Positions 1-10,434 of a stretch of 64,000 bases of DNA are shown here, one piece after another. This DNA comes from a virus. Lineage: Duplodnaviria > Caudoviricetes. A model generated the notes under the pieces. It did not search any database. It had not been told where the DNA came from and saw only the letters and a list, made by a program, of their open reading frames with translations. The position numbers and the translations under genes were made by a program. The number at the start of each line of letters is the position of its first letter. Within the stretch, counting starts at the first letter, position 1. The stretch is taken from positions 1 through 64,000 of the IMG/VR virus record IMGVR_UViG_3300011242_000003. One strand, 5' to 3'.

Positions 1-1234
1 TCCCCGCCACAAATATACCAACAGATTGTTCATAGCTGTTACCTGCTTCAGATAATGCATTACCCATTTGCCTTAATCCATTTGCAACATCTTCTGAAGT
101 TGAACTATAATTATTACCGACCTCATTAGCTACATCCATAATTCTAGTCATATCTTCAAGGGTATTTAAATTAAAACCCTTCTGTATGGTAATCAATGAC
201 TTTGATGCGTCATCTATATTCATGTCCGCTACATTAGAAAATATAGTTGCATTTTTAGCTCTTTGTGTTGCTTCATCTATGGCATAGCCTAATTTAGAGT
301 AATATGTAGTTGCTTCTATTACAGACTTTGTACTAGCCCCTACTTCAATACCTATTTTATTGGCTACATCTGTAAACTTAGATAATTCTTCGGTTGTAGC
401 TGAACTTACCTTTCGTAAATCTCTCATCGCAGTATCTAATGAAACTATTGTTGAAATACCTTCTTTTACCTCATTTACTAGTCCATATATTAAACTTCCG
501 CCAATAGCATAACTAGCTATGTTTTTAAATGTACTTACCAATCCACTTGCACTTCTATTGGAAGATGTAATAGAATTTTCAAAAGTTGACATACTTCTTG
601 TAGCTTCATTTACTGCATTTGATATCTGAGCTGTACTCTTTGCATTTCCACCTTCAACACTTGCTTTTAAAGTTTTAAGTTGTGCTAATGAATTTTTTGC
701 TTCATTTAATTGTGATAATTCAGACTCTGTCATTAAGTCTATAGATTTTTTTGAGTTCAAATCTTTTAAATTTGATTCTAATTGATTTATAATCTTATCG
801 AGTCTTACTATTTGATTTTCTGATTTTCCCAAACTATTTATAGCTAATTGAAGTTCTTTAAATTCTGAAACTGGTGTGTCTACATTTAGATTATTTAAAC
901 TTTGTTGTAATTTTTGTAATTCACTTTCATTTATAAATCCCCCATCGAACGCAGATTTTAACTTACTCTGCATAGTTGTCACTCTATTTTCAAAATTACT
1001 AATCTTAGAATTAATTTTACTGTTATCAAAGTCAGGAGAAATCTTAATTTTACTTGAAATAGAATCTACTCTATTTTTTAATTCATTGATACTCTTGTCT
1101 ATGTTATTTAAATTAACCTTGTCAATGTTCAGTGATACTTTTTTAGAAACTTTATCCAATTCATTTTGAACTTCTTTTGTTAATCCACTTATTCTATCTA
1201 GCTTTATTCCTGCTAATATATTTAATCTTCCCAT
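1..1234 (-). CDS. Tape measure protein, N-terminal part (runs off the window start)
   Basis: Not in the ORF track because it is open-ended. ATG at 1234 follows an AAGGAGG RBS. My translation (MGRLNILAGIKLD...LDTAMRDLRKVSSAT...YSKLGY...NEVGNNYSSTSEDVANGL) resembles the TP901-type tape-measure core. It lies downstream of the tail genes. Confidence 0.9.
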   Translation of the reverse strand, partial: MGRLNILAGIKLDRISGLTKEVQNELDKVSKKVSLNIDKVNLNNIDKSINELKNRVDSISSKIKISPDFDNSKINSKISNFENRVTTMQSKLKSAFDGGFINESELQKLQQSLNNLNVDTPVSEFKELQLAINSLGKSENQIVRLDKIINQLESNLKDLNSKKSIDLMTESELSQLNEAKNSLAQLKTLKASVEGGNAKSTAQISNAVNEATRSMSTFENSITSSNRSASGLVSTFKNIASYAIGGSLIYGLVNEVKEGISTIVSLDTAMRDLRKVSSATTEELSKFTDVANKIGIEVGASTKSVIEATTYYSKLGYAIDEATQRAKNATIFSNVADMNIDDASKSLITIQKGFNLNTLEDMTRIMDVANEVGNNYSSTSEDVANGLRQMGNALSEAGNSYEQSVGIFVAG

Positions 1235-1289
1235 TTTAATATTCCTCCTTCCTCTATTAAAAAATTGCAATAAAAAAGATTACACTGAT

Positions 1290-1757
1290 TTACTCAATGT
1301 AATCTAATCTTGATTTCAAAATGTTTTCTATGATATTTCTTTCTTCAATTTCTTCTATTGTTGGTTGTATAAATGGTCTTGGCTCTCCATACGGGGTTTT
1401 TACACCAGTACCATATTCTATTATTTCATCAAGATACGTTCCCTGTGGCGAATCATACGAAAATTCACTAACTAACGTGTCATTTGTGACATTTAGCAAA
1501 ACTTCATTACCAATAATAGAAACTTCGCCTTTTATATTATCTCTATCTCCTAATCCACCGTTTTTATATCTTCTTTCATATTCACCCTCATATACATCAT
1601 ACACATTCTCTTGTATTTTTCTTTCTTCAATGTCTTTAATTTCTTCCACAGCATCTACTTTTAATACCGTAGCGACATCAGATAAAGCATACATTACTAA
1701 TCCCTCTATTGAATTAAAATCTCTGTTTTTTTTCATTTTTCTTTGCCTTCTTTTCAT
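1290..1757 (-). CDS. Putative HK97 gp10-like neck/tail completion protein
   Basis: C-terminal IIEYG...PRPFIQPTIEE motif; located in the tail module. The true start may be the second Met (MKKNRDF). Confidence 0.5.
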   Translation of the reverse strand: MKRRQRKMKKNRDFNSIEGLVMYALSDVATVLKVDAVEEIKDIEERKIQENVYDVYEGEYERRYKNGGLGDRDNIKGEVSIIGNEVLLNVTNDTLVSEFSYDSPQGTYLDEIIEYGTGVKTPYGEPRPFIQPTIEEIEERNIIENILKSRLDYIE

Positions 1758-2163
1758 ATTGGCGTTTAATTCTTTGTAGATTTTCTAATTCAAGAGCAGA
1801 TTCAAGAGTTAATATTTTCATTGTTTGTTTTCGTATAGATATTATAGAACCTTGTAAATAATTGATTACAATATCACTCAATAAAACACCTATAGTATTT
1901 GCTATAATTTCTATATTCTTATATTCATGTTGATTTTCAATAATTTGATTAAACTCTTCTATAGTGTATAAATTAAAATCATAATCTCTATTTGTTGGTA
2001 TTATTAACTTTTTAAATAAATAATACATTAATTCACTACTTCCGTTTAAAACATCCTCGTTACTTTCATTGACTTTGTCTTGTATTTCTTCACGTTCTTT
2101 TTTATTTGGATTTTTAATTTTTAAATTTTCATCCTCGTATAAATATTCTATTTTTTTTAACAT
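1714..2163 (-). CDS. Hypothetical protein, possible tail assembly chaperone
   Basis: GGAGG RBS; located upstream of the tape measure gene. Confidence 0.4.
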   Translation of the reverse strand: MLKKIEYLYEDENLKIKNPNKKEREEIQDKVNESNEDVLNGSSELMYYLFKKLIIPTNRDYDFNLYTIEEFNQIIENQHEYKNIEIIANTIGVLLSDIVINYLQGSIISIRKQTMKILTLESALELENLQRIKRQYEKKAKKNEKKQRF

Positions 2164-2272
2164 ATTTCTTTCCTCCTATTTTCAATATTTTATTTATTCA
2201 TTTGAATAAGGTTGAATAGTGTCAACCTTACCATTATAATAACGCCTAAAAGTGTAATTACCAATCTTAAAT

Positions 2273-2731
2273 TTACATAATTCTCATTATCCATTCTCCT
2301 ATATCTAATTCCTCATCATCTAACTCAACTACATTATCTATTTTTATATTTATACTATTTTCACTATCCCATATATGTATTTCTAACACATCATCATAAT
2401 TCCATTTCCATTTAATATCTCTATTAAATATTATCACATTATCTTCATTATTCTTGTCCACTAAAACTACGTTATAACCACTCTCTACAACATCAACCAA
2501 GAATAAATCAACGATTTCTACTATTTCATCTTTAGTGTACTGATATTCTATATGATTATTCATATAGTTAAAATAATTATCTTCACTTTCTATTAACCCA
2601 TTGTCTTTTAGATATTTGTTATAATTTGCTAATGTTTTTAATACAACTTCTATTCCTTGATTTATTTCTCTTTCCGTAAATTTACTAATTTCCATGATTA
2701 CTTCCCCCTTAATGAAATAAATACTTTTCAA
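2273..2731 (-). CDS. Hypothetical acidic protein
   Basis: ORF with AAGGGGAAG RBS before the second Met; divergent from the HTH gene, with its own TTGACA promoter. Confidence 0.6.
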   Translation of the reverse strand: MKSIYFIKGEVIMEISKFTEREINQGIEVVLKTLANYNKYLKDNGLIESEDNYFNYMNNHIEYQYTKDEIVEIVDLFLVDVVESGYNVVLVDKNNEDNVIIFNRDIKWKWNYDDVLEIHIWDSENSINIKIDNVVELDDEELDIGEWIMRIM

Positions 2732-2875
2732 CTTCCTATTTTACCACCGAATTGTTATTTTTACTTTATGTACCAAGTATAATACCATATTTATGTATTG
2801 TCAATACCGTTTAATAACATTTTTAAATATTTATTGATATTTTTAGATTAGATATGGTATAATTAATTCAAAGAG

Positions 2876-3427
2876 GTGATTATTGTGATTAAATGTAATT
2901 TAGCGTATATGCTAGACAAATTTAGAATTACACAAAAAGAACTAGCGGAAGCAACTGGTATCCCTAAAAATACAATTAATAGATATTATAATAATACATG
3001 GACAACTATTAACAAAGACCATATTGATGAATTATGTAATTTCTTCGCTTGTTCAGTAGGAGATTTAATTGAAGTTTATTCTAATACAATTCATCCCAAG
3101 CAAATGAAACTTGATTTAGAAAATATTCCAAGCACCATACACGAAGATACAATTGATTGCACTTCTAAAGATAAAGTTCAAAAACCCATGGATATGATTA
3201 AACAGTTTAATAAACAAAGACAATATAATAGTCTAAATCTTTTTTCTGGTGCAGGTGGACTTAACAATATTCAATTTAAAAAAGAAATTGTAGACTATGT
3301 TTCGTTGGAAGTTTTTCAAAAATTGGTTGAATATTTTAGTACACAAGATATGAATACAAACCCTGAAAATAGAACAATTGAATCTCTAATGGATAAAAAC
3401 AATCTTGACAATCAATATAAAAAATAA
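2876..3427 (+). CDS. XRE/Cro-C1 HTH transcriptional regulator with C-terminal extension
   Basis: ITQKELAEATGIPKNTINRYYNN...IDELCNFFACSVGDLI is a typical HTH_26/XRE domain. Confidence 0.85.
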   Translation: MIIVIKCNLAYMLDKFRITQKELAEATGIPKNTINRYYNNTWTTINKDHIDELCNFFACSVGDLIEVYSNTIHPKQMKLDLENIPSTIHEDTIDCTSKDKVQKPMDMIKQFNKQRQYNSLNLFSGAGGLNNIQFKKEIVDYVSLEVFQKLVEYFSTQDMNTNPENRTIESLMDKNNLDNQYKK

Positions 3428-3637
3428 TTCATTACATCATCCATATATACACTAAATATTAATATTGGAAAACTAGTTTTCTTTCTGTTAGATAATTATA
3501 TAACTGCATTACTTTTATAGTCAAATTCCTTCATTACTAATTACTAAACAAAATATCATCTACACTATTTATTCTTACAGAAACGATTTTATTTTAAACA
3601 AAAACTTTATAAAAATATTTTTATAAATAAAAGTACC

Positions 3638-4285
3638 CTAGTCATAATCAACTAAGGTACTTTTATTATTTGTATTATACAAACCTTCTATTGCATCAAT
3701 AAATTTAAAAGTTCTAATTGCTCTCTCCTTTAACATATTTGGATTTTCCCTATATACTTTATATGCAAATCCAAAATACTCATCATTACTTTTTTTATAA
3801 TATCTATGATTTTTACTTTCTTCTTCAGGAAATAATTTCTCTTTTTCAGATTCATATATATTTATAAATTCTTCACTGAATGAAATGTCATTATTAATAC
3901 AATCTATAAAATGACCATATTCATGATTGAACGCATATTTAAAATATTCTTCATCAATTATTATTGACTTAGTCTTATAATTATAAACTCCTGCGGGATT
4001 AAATCCCCATCCACCTCTATCTTCTATTTCATGAACTATTTCTATTTTATGGTCATTTTCTTTTAATTTTATTATTTGGTCATTAGATATTATAGAATAA
4101 TCATTTTTCTTAATATCTACATCTTCAATAATAATCATACTTGGTTTACATGATTGCATTATTTCATACTTTCTATCATGAAATAATGATTTATAATCAC
4201 TTTCAACTGCATTTGCAGTGTTTGAAAATATTATCATATACAATAAGCTTATTGCTATTATCTTTTTTAACATAACGTTTACCAC
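3638..4285 (-). CDS. Secreted zinc metallopeptidase (ATLF/PPEP-like), moron-type gene
   Basis: Signal peptide (KKIIAISLL...TANA), AGVY strand, HEYGH zinc motif and downstream DEYFG third ligand. Confidence 0.7.
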   Translation of the reverse strand: MVNVMLKKIIAISLLYMIIFSNTANAVESDYKSLFHDRKYEIMQSCKPSMIIIEDVDIKKNDYSIISNDQIIKLKENDHKIEIVHEIEDRGGWGFNPAGVYNYKTKSIIIDEEYFKYAFNHEYGHFIDCINNDISFSEEFINIYESEKEKLFPEEESKNHRYYKKSNDEYFGFAYKVYRENPNMLKERAIRTFKFIDAIEGLYNTNNKSTLVDYD

Positions 4286-4530
4286 CTTATTATTATAAAT
4301 ATTATTATACTAATAATAGCACTAATTGATATATATGTCAATTAGTATTTTAATATTTTATCTAGAACAAAAAGAGAAAAAATAAGGGAGATAACTAAGA
4401 AAGGATTTAACAATCGTCATTACCTTTTTAATTACCTCCCTTATTTAGTATTTTATTTTTTATACTTCCATAAAACACTAAATGATAGACACCGTTTTCA
4501 GATGTCTATTTTTAATATTTTAATTATGTA

Positions 4531-5262
4531 TTAAACTATAGGTTTTCTTTTAATAACTCCTAAATTACCTTTATTATCTTTTAATGCTTTTAATGTTATT
4601 GTATTGTCAGAACCAGATAACTCAGATTGAGAACCTAATGTAAATGATGAAGCAGGTTTTGCTCTTTCAATTATAACCTCAACATCTGCTATTGGTTTAT
4701 TATTTTTATCAACTTCTACAGTTTTTAATACCAACTTTCCTGCTTCTGAGAATTTATCAGCACTAATTGTGATAGTTTCCATTTCACCAGATACAGTATA
4801 TTCGTAAGGCATAACTTTAAACTCGCCTGTTTTAGAAGTGAATGTTACTTCTTTAGCTAATATACTATAATCAGATGATGTAACTAATTTATCTGTAGCT
4901 AAATCATAGATTTCTATTTTTGTTGAGTCTAATGGAGTTTCTGCTAATGTTATAGTTTTATCTTCAGCAGTAACTGTAGCAACTATAGGTGCACAATAAG
5001 CTGTACCTGTTCCTGTTGCTATGCTTGTACCTGATAATGTTGCTAATAATGGGAAGTCAAATACATTTGTTTGTAATTCAACCTCTAAAGTTTTAGATGA
5101 ACTAATTGTTGCCCATGTAGCATTTCCAATACCATTTTTAATTTCATTTTCTGTAGCCTCTCCTTTTATAGAGGAATTTGTTAAGTTTTCTGACATGAAT
5201 ACTAACTTATTATTAATATAGAAATAAGCATCAAAAACATTTAATAATGACTTGTTATTCAT
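4531..5262 (-). CDS. Putative major tail (tube) protein
   Basis: Thr/Ser-rich beta-type composition and position in an SPbeta-like tail module. Confidence 0.6.
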   Translation of the reverse strand: MNNKSLLNVFDAYFYINNKLVFMSENLTNSSIKGEATENEIKNGIGNATWATISSSKTLEVELQTNVFDFPLLATLSGTSIATGTGTAYCAPIVATVTAEDKTITLAETPLDSTKIEIYDLATDKLVTSSDYSILAKEVTFTSKTGEFKVMPYEYTVSGEMETITISADKFSEAGKLVLKTVEVDKNNKPIADVEVIIERAKPASSFTLGSQSELSGSDNTITLKALKDNKGNLGVIKRKPIV

Positions 5263-5320
5263 TTATATTCCACCTTTCATTTTTTAATATTTTATTTTAA
5301 CAACTAAAAAATAGCTGTTA

Positions 5321-6094
5321 TTAAAGTCTTGAAGTAATATTATTACTATTTATTCTTATATCTGCATCAGAGTCTTTGTATAACTCTTTTACAATTGGTT
5401 CAACATATTTTACATCTGGAAGTTTTTGTGCAACCGTTTTAAATAATGTGATTGCCTCGTAGTTTGCAACTTGTGTAAGTCTATAATAATCTGAATACAA
5501 TTGTAATATATTTTGATTCTTGATAACGTCATAAGATTTGCCCGTACCACAAGATACAATAGTCATAATTTCCCCTATATCTACGACATGAGAATCTTTC
5601 ATTTTAGCTATTTTAGCCTTTTCTATCCACTTTGCTTGATATGGGTCATCATAAATTTTAGGTTCTTGTAATAAATTTTGATTTAATATAATTTTTCTAA
5701 AGGTATCAAAATTATTTTTATCTATGACCGTTGTTATTTTATCATCTACGAATACTAATTCATCAATATCCTTTATTTTAATGTCTTTTCTAGTGACCAT
5801 ACTAAATAACATTTCTAACTCTGATATACACTTATAATATTCATCAGTTTGTTTGTTGCTTTCTATAGACATAATATTTAAAAGGAGCAATCCTTCTAAT
5901 AGGCTAATATCTGATTGTAAATCTAAATGTTTTTTTGTGAACACTATATATTTAATATATTTTGAAAACTTCATATAATCCTTAACTTTTATAGGATATA
6001 TATAACCTAGATTATCTAAATAGCAAGGCTCATCCATCATAACTTCATCTGTGGTATATTCCTCTTTAGTTATAGGATTTTTATAAATAATCAT
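5321..6094 (-). CDS. Phage tail-module protein, possible chaperone
   Basis: Position; translationally coupled to the upstream gene. Confidence 0.45.
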   Translation of the reverse strand: MIIYKNPITKEEYTTDEVMMDEPCYLDNLGYIYPIKVKDYMKFSKYIKYIVFTKKHLDLQSDISLLEGLLLLNIMSIESNKQTDEYYKCISELEMLFSMVTRKDIKIKDIDELVFVDDKITTVIDKNNFDTFRKIILNQNLLQEPKIYDDPYQAKWIEKAKIAKMKDSHVVDIGEIMTIVSCGTGKSYDVIKNQNILQLYSDYYRLTQVANYEAITLFKTVAQKLPDVKYVEPIVKELYKDSDADIRINSNNITSRL

Positions 6095-6712
6095 TTATCT
6101 ATACCTCATATTACACAATCTAGTAGTGATAAAAACAGGGTAGTATAAATACGCTGTGGTTTTACTAAGTCTTTCTAAAGTTGACCTACCACTAACTTTT
6201 AGTTCTATAAGTCCTAAATCTTTAACATATTCATCGTCAATCACCATTCCATCAAACATATCTACAATCTCATTAACAATTAAGAATAACCTCTCATCAC
6301 TATAAGGGTCAATTTCATTATATTCATATGGGACTATTATATCTATTGCAAATACATTTTCACCCACAATATCATCATAATTATTTCTAAAAGGATGCAC
6401 AAATAAATAACATTGTTTACCCTCCACAATATTATCTTCAAACATATAAGGTATTAAGATTTGTTCATGACTATTACCTTCTGTGCTTGGTTTTATTAAA
6501 CTATCAACTAACAATGGTTGTTGTATCAAATTACCATCATAATCAAGTGATTTTTTAGAAAGTGGATTTTTGGTTTGATATCTACAAAGCCTCTTAATAT
6601 TTTGGTTTTCATCTATCTTTTTTACTATATAATTTTTGATAGGTACTATCTTTTTCGATTTTGTTCCTACAGTACCATCGTTTTTATTATTCCAATTACT
6701 CAAATCCACCAC
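6095..6712 (-). CDS. Putative tail terminator/completion protein
   Basis: Position after the head-closure genes; DIIVP...RLFLIVNEIVDMF pattern. Confidence 0.45.
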   Translation of the reverse strand: MVDLSNWNNKNDGTVGTKSKKIVPIKNYIVKKIDENQNIKRLCRYQTKNPLSKKSLDYDGNLIQQPLLVDSLIKPSTEGNSHEQILIPYMFEDNIVEGKQCYLFVHPFRNNYDDIVGENVFAIDIIVPYEYNEIDPYSDERLFLIVNEIVDMFDGMVIDDEYVKDLGLIELKVSGRSTLERLSKTTAYLYYPVFITTRLCNMRYR

Positions 6713-7627
6713 CTACTTTCTTATTATATTTACATATTTAGTTGCTATAGTTTTACCATTTTGCATTGCTGTAATAATCAATAATTCATCTGTTGTTCCT
6801 ATACCTTCAATAATGCAGTTATTATTAGATTGAGATATGATTTTACCAATTTCTAAATCATCAATCTCCCATGCAATGTCAATTCCCACAGGTTCAATAA
6901 TATATGTTTGTTGAGTACCTATTTTAATATTTTCAGCACCTATAATATTGTATTCTTTTGGAATATCTTGCACTGAATCATTATAAGCTATATTATTTAT
7001 TAGGTCATCCTCAGACATTTTTTCTGTTTTCTCCATCATGAATATAATTATTCCCTTATCAATAACAGATGTTTTATCTATAACCCTATATACGTTGTCC
7101 TCTGAATTATCAAATATAAACCTAGTACCATTTTTAATCTTTTTAGTTATATTATTTTTTTGTACTTGTATTTTAACTTTAGCATCTCTAAAAGCAAAGA
7201 ATTCATTACTTTCATTTAGCTTAACTCCATAAGAGTCATTAGTTGCAACACATGGTATAGGTTTGTCCCAACCTTTAAGGTTAATTGTTTGTATACATTG
7301 AAATGCCTTTGCATACGGCACAACGGAATTATCTTCAAATTCCAATACTAAATATGTTTTATTGGGATATACTATATAATCTCCCATACTACATACATTA
7401 TCAGGTAATATTTGAATACGTTTTTCTATTACCGTTCTATCAACATTAATTATCCTAGTGTCAATAGGTATTTCTGTTAAATCACTTTTTCTTAAAATGC
7501 CCATTTTATAAGAAGGGTCATCTTTAAAGTTAAGCATATATTCTCTTTTAGAATAAGAAAGTTCTTTTTCTGATTGGTTTGCTCCACCTATCTTTAATCT
7601 ACTTCTCATATCATCTAAATAACTCAT
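6713..7627 (-). CDS. Putative head closure protein with C-terminal Ig-like domain
   Basis: Synteny; C-terminal beta-rich segment IIGAENIKIG...W...ITA. Confidence 0.5.
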   Translation of the reverse strand: MSYLDDMRSRLKIGGANQSEKELSYSKREYMLNFKDDPSYKMGILRKSDLTEIPIDTRIINVDRTVIEKRIQILPDNVCSMGDYIVYPNKTYLVLEFEDNSVVPYAKAFQCIQTINLKGWDKPIPCVATNDSYGVKLNESNEFFAFRDAKVKIQVQKNNITKKIKNGTRFIFDNSEDNVYRVIDKTSVIDKGIIIFMMEKTEKMSEDDLINNIAYNDSVQDIPKEYNIIGAENIKIGTQQTYIIEPVGIDIAWEIDDLEIGKIISQSNNNCIIEGIGTTDELLIITAMQNGKTIATKYVNIIRK

Positions 7628-7632
7628 ACCAC

Positions 7633-8061
7633 TTACCTCTTATTCATGGATTGCATAAGTTTTCTATTTCCATATTCAGCCATAATTTTATCAACTTCAT
7701 TAGATTTATCTTTCTTGGTATTTAATATTTTATCTAATAAATTTGCTTTAGAATGATTTTGAAAATCTTTTGATGATAACCTATCTTGAAATCTTTCAAT
7801 ATTATTAACTTCTCTTGCCATCCAAAATAACACCATAAGTTCACTAAGTATGTCAATTTCATCATATGATAAATCTTCAGTAAATTCCTGCAACCCCTTA
7901 TTATAACTTGCTAATTTGTCACAAGCATAAAATCTGCTCATGGCATTTTTTAATAGTCTACCAAATTCATTTTTTAATTCCTCATTTGTACATTCTAAGT
8001 ATCTATAATCAGATAATTTCGATGAAAACGTCTCAAATATGTCATCAAAAGCTGTACTCAT
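7633..8061 (-). CDS. Putative head-tail adaptor
   Basis: Synteny two genes after the capsid gene; MSTAFDDIFETF...ILSELM..W pattern seen in SPbeta-like phages. Confidence 0.55.
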   Translation of the reverse strand: MSTAFDDIFETFSSKLSDYRYLECTNEELKNEFGRLLKNAMSRFYACDKLASYNKGLQEFTEDLSYDEIDILSELMVLFWMAREVNNIERFQDRLSSKDFQNHSKANLLDKILNTKKDKSNEVDKIMAEYGNRKLMQSMNKR

Positions 8062-8080
8062 GCAATCACCACCTTTATAT

Positions 8081-8716
8081 TTATTGTTTAATTACATCAA
8101 TACCCAAAACTCTTTCGATTAGTAATGCTACATCTGCATCACGATATTCTTTTGAGTTCCACATATCACGCACTCTATTTCCAACCTCTGTTCTTATATA
8201 TTTAGGAGACTCATTTAATCTTTTAATTACTGTCTCTTCTGTGTTTGTTTCAAAAAATGATACTAAATCATCAATATATGATATTTCTTGATAAAATTCT
8301 TTCATACCACATATTTTAGATGCTTCTTCATCTTCTATAATAAACATAGGAAGTGTAAAATATCTCGGATTAGAGCTTTTTAAACTCTTTAACTCACCTA
8401 TAGAAACTTCTTGTACGTCTCCATATCCACTAAACCCATATTCTTCTAATTTAGTTTTTACAGTTAAACTTCCTGTCACAACACTTCTAACTTCTACCAA
8501 TCTATTTAAGTCTACGTTTTTTCTAACCTTAATTTCTTTTTCATTTTCTTTAATTTCATTCTTAATTTCTGCTTCAACTTCTTTTTTAAGTTGTTCTCTC
8601 ATTTCTTTTTTCATAGATTCCATCAATTCTAACTTTAATTTTTCAATATCTACTGTGGTATCGTTTTTTACATCCTTCTCCACTTTATCAATCTTCTTTG
8701 TCTTTTCTGTTGCCAT
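8081..8716 (-). CDS. Hypothetical head-module protein with coiled-coil N-terminus
   Basis: ORF with RBS, directly after the capsid gene. Confidence 0.6.
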   Translation of the reverse strand: MATEKTKKIDKVEKDVKNDTTVDIEKLKLELMESMKKEMREQLKKEVEAEIKNEIKENEKEIKVRKNVDLNRLVEVRSVVTGSLTVKTKLEEYGFSGYGDVQEVSIGELKSLKSSNPRYFTLPMFIIEDEEASKICGMKEFYQEISYIDDLVSFFETNTEETVIKRLNESPKYIRTEVGNRVRDMWNSKEYRDADVALLIERVLGIDVIKQ

Positions 8717-8753
8717 ACTCTATCTCTCCCTATTTAATTTAATTATTATAAAT

Positions 8754-8787
8754 TAAATACAAGAAGGTATTTCACTCCTTGTATTTA
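8754..8787 (-). terminator. Hairpin after the major capsid gene
   Basis: AAATACAAG...CTTGTATTT inverted repeat. Confidence 0.5.
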
Positions 8788-8795
8788 ATATTTTG

Positions 8796-9833
8796 TTATG
8801 CTAAAACTATAGTACCAAATAATTTGTTAAATGCTATACCAACACCTATGTTAGTTAATAAAGTATATTCAAGTGTTTGGTCTACGTTTTCAGTACCTTG
8901 TGTCTTTTCGTCAGTCATTTCACTACCTTCATAGTAAAATTTAACTGGCTTTTCATTACCTGTAACAACGAATAATTGGTTATCATCAAAAATAAAGTCA
9001 GGTACATCTTGTCCACTTACTTGTTTAACTAAAGAACCTGCCTTAAATCCTTGAGGTAATTCCATACAAATAGTACCATTCCACTCTCTTAAGAATCCGT
9101 TACTATTTATTTCTTCCTTCATTCTATCTGAAAGACCAGTACCTGCTAGTGTGGTAGCTTGAATCTTTTGTAACCCTTTTTTAGTTCCAATAAGATAAGC
9201 AACTTCACCATTTGAAGTTTCTACTGAAGCAATTACATTTGATATTTTATCTGCATCATATGCTCCATTATGTCTAAAGATAGTTGGTAATCCAGATAGT
9301 GTAGTAACAAAAGAATCGTAAGCTAATTGGTTTACAAATTTTTCAACTGCTTCTACTAGTTTTGCAATTAATGCAGGGAAATCAGTTCTTCCTGCCATAA
9401 ATGATACAAATTCTGTGTAAACTTTTATTCCGTATGTACTCATAGAAATTGTAACATCTTTTCCTTGGTCTATTCTTTGTCTTTCTAATGACCAAGAGCC
9501 TCTTGCCACTCTTGCAACTCTTAATTCAGAGTTATTAGGGATATAAAAACTATTAGTATCACCATTAAGTAAAGATTTCTCTTCAACAAATTGTCTAAAG
9601 AAAGCGTTCTTTCTTCCTTCTGAATCTACAATTGTTTGGTCTACAACTTCCTCGATTATCTCGAAAATATCTATAGCATGTTTTCTAAATATTTTCTTGT
9701 TAATTTTGTCTGTACCTATTATTTCTTTAAACATGTTTCTTATAACTGTATCTGCATCCTTTGCAGAAAAGTCTAATTTAGTTGGATTCATTCTATCTAA
9801 ACATAGTCCTATTAATTCTTGTGTATTAGCCAT
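8796..9833 (-). CDS. Major capsid protein (SPbeta YonB-like)
   Basis: 345 aa with IFEIIEEVVD, FVEEK and G.K.GLQKI motifs; follows the protease and decoration genes. Confidence 0.8.
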   Translation of the reverse strand: MANTQELIGLCLDRMNPTKLDFSAKDADTVIRNMFKEIIGTDKINKKIFRKHAIDIFEIIEEVVDQTIVDSEGRKNAFFRQFVEEKSLLNGDTNSFYIPNNSELRVARVARGSWSLERQRIDQGKDVTISMSTYGIKVYTEFVSFMAGRTDFPALIAKLVEAVEKFVNQLAYDSFVTTLSGLPTIFRHNGAYDADKISNVIASVETSNGEVAYLIGTKKGLQKIQATTLAGTGLSDRMKEEINSNGFLREWNGTICMELPQGFKAGSLVKQVSGQDVPDFIFDDNQLFVVTGNEKPVKFYYEGSEMTDEKTQGTENVDQTLEYTLLTNIGVGIAFNKLFGTIVLA

Positions 9834-9859
9834 CTTATATTCCTCCCTTTATCTTTCTA

Positions 9860-10417
9860 TTAAAGCACTTCGATAACATACATTTTATATACATTACCTA
9901 CTAATGCTCCATTTGAATCTACATATGTAGCTATACCTTCATTGTCAATTCTAACAATCTTTCCTATTGTTGCATCAGTTTTAGATGCTGAAGCAGTAAC
10001 TTTAAAAGTAGCATCTGTTAAATCAACATATTTTCCTACAGTTAAATCAGTCTCTAAAGTATTTGTAAACGCCTCTTTTGATAATCTAAGCTTTCTGATA
10101 TTTGATAATCTATAAGCTCTTACTGCTGTATTTTTTTCATTGTAGAAATTTTTAAGTTGATTATTTGCCATTCTTGATTCGTCATATATTAATTCTGGTG
10201 CATCAACTATTACTAAATTTTCCTTGGAGATTCCTGCTGTAATTAATGCTGTTGTTGGTTTAGTTAAAGATTTAATCTCTCTTTCCCCCGCAACATAATC
10301 CCCTAATATGCCTACTGAACCTTGGTCTAAATCTTCTGTTGATTGAACGTGTGCTAATATCATATTTTCTGCTAGTGCTATATCACATCTAGCGTGAGTT
10401 CCTGTTAATTTTATCAT
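9860..10417 (-). CDS. Putative capsid decoration/stabilising protein (YonC-like)
   Basis: Lies between protease and capsid; PELIYDE...FYN...RAY pattern. Confidence 0.6.
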   Translation of the reverse strand: MIKLTGTHARCDIALAENMILAHVQSTEDLDQGSVGILGDYVAGEREIKSLTKPTTALITAGISKENLVIVDAPELIYDESRMANNQLKNFYNEKNTAVRAYRLSNIRKLRLSKEAFTNTLETDLTVGKYVDLTDATFKVTASASKTDATIGKIVRIDNEGIATYVDSNGALVGNVYKMYVIEVL

Positions 10418-10434
10418 TGTAAATACACTCCTTT

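Noticed and set aside
1714-1757. Tail-chaperone G/GT-type frameshift at the A-run where two ORFs overlap
   Set aside because: A-runs are common here, and the downstream ORF has its own Met and looks like an independent gp10-like protein.
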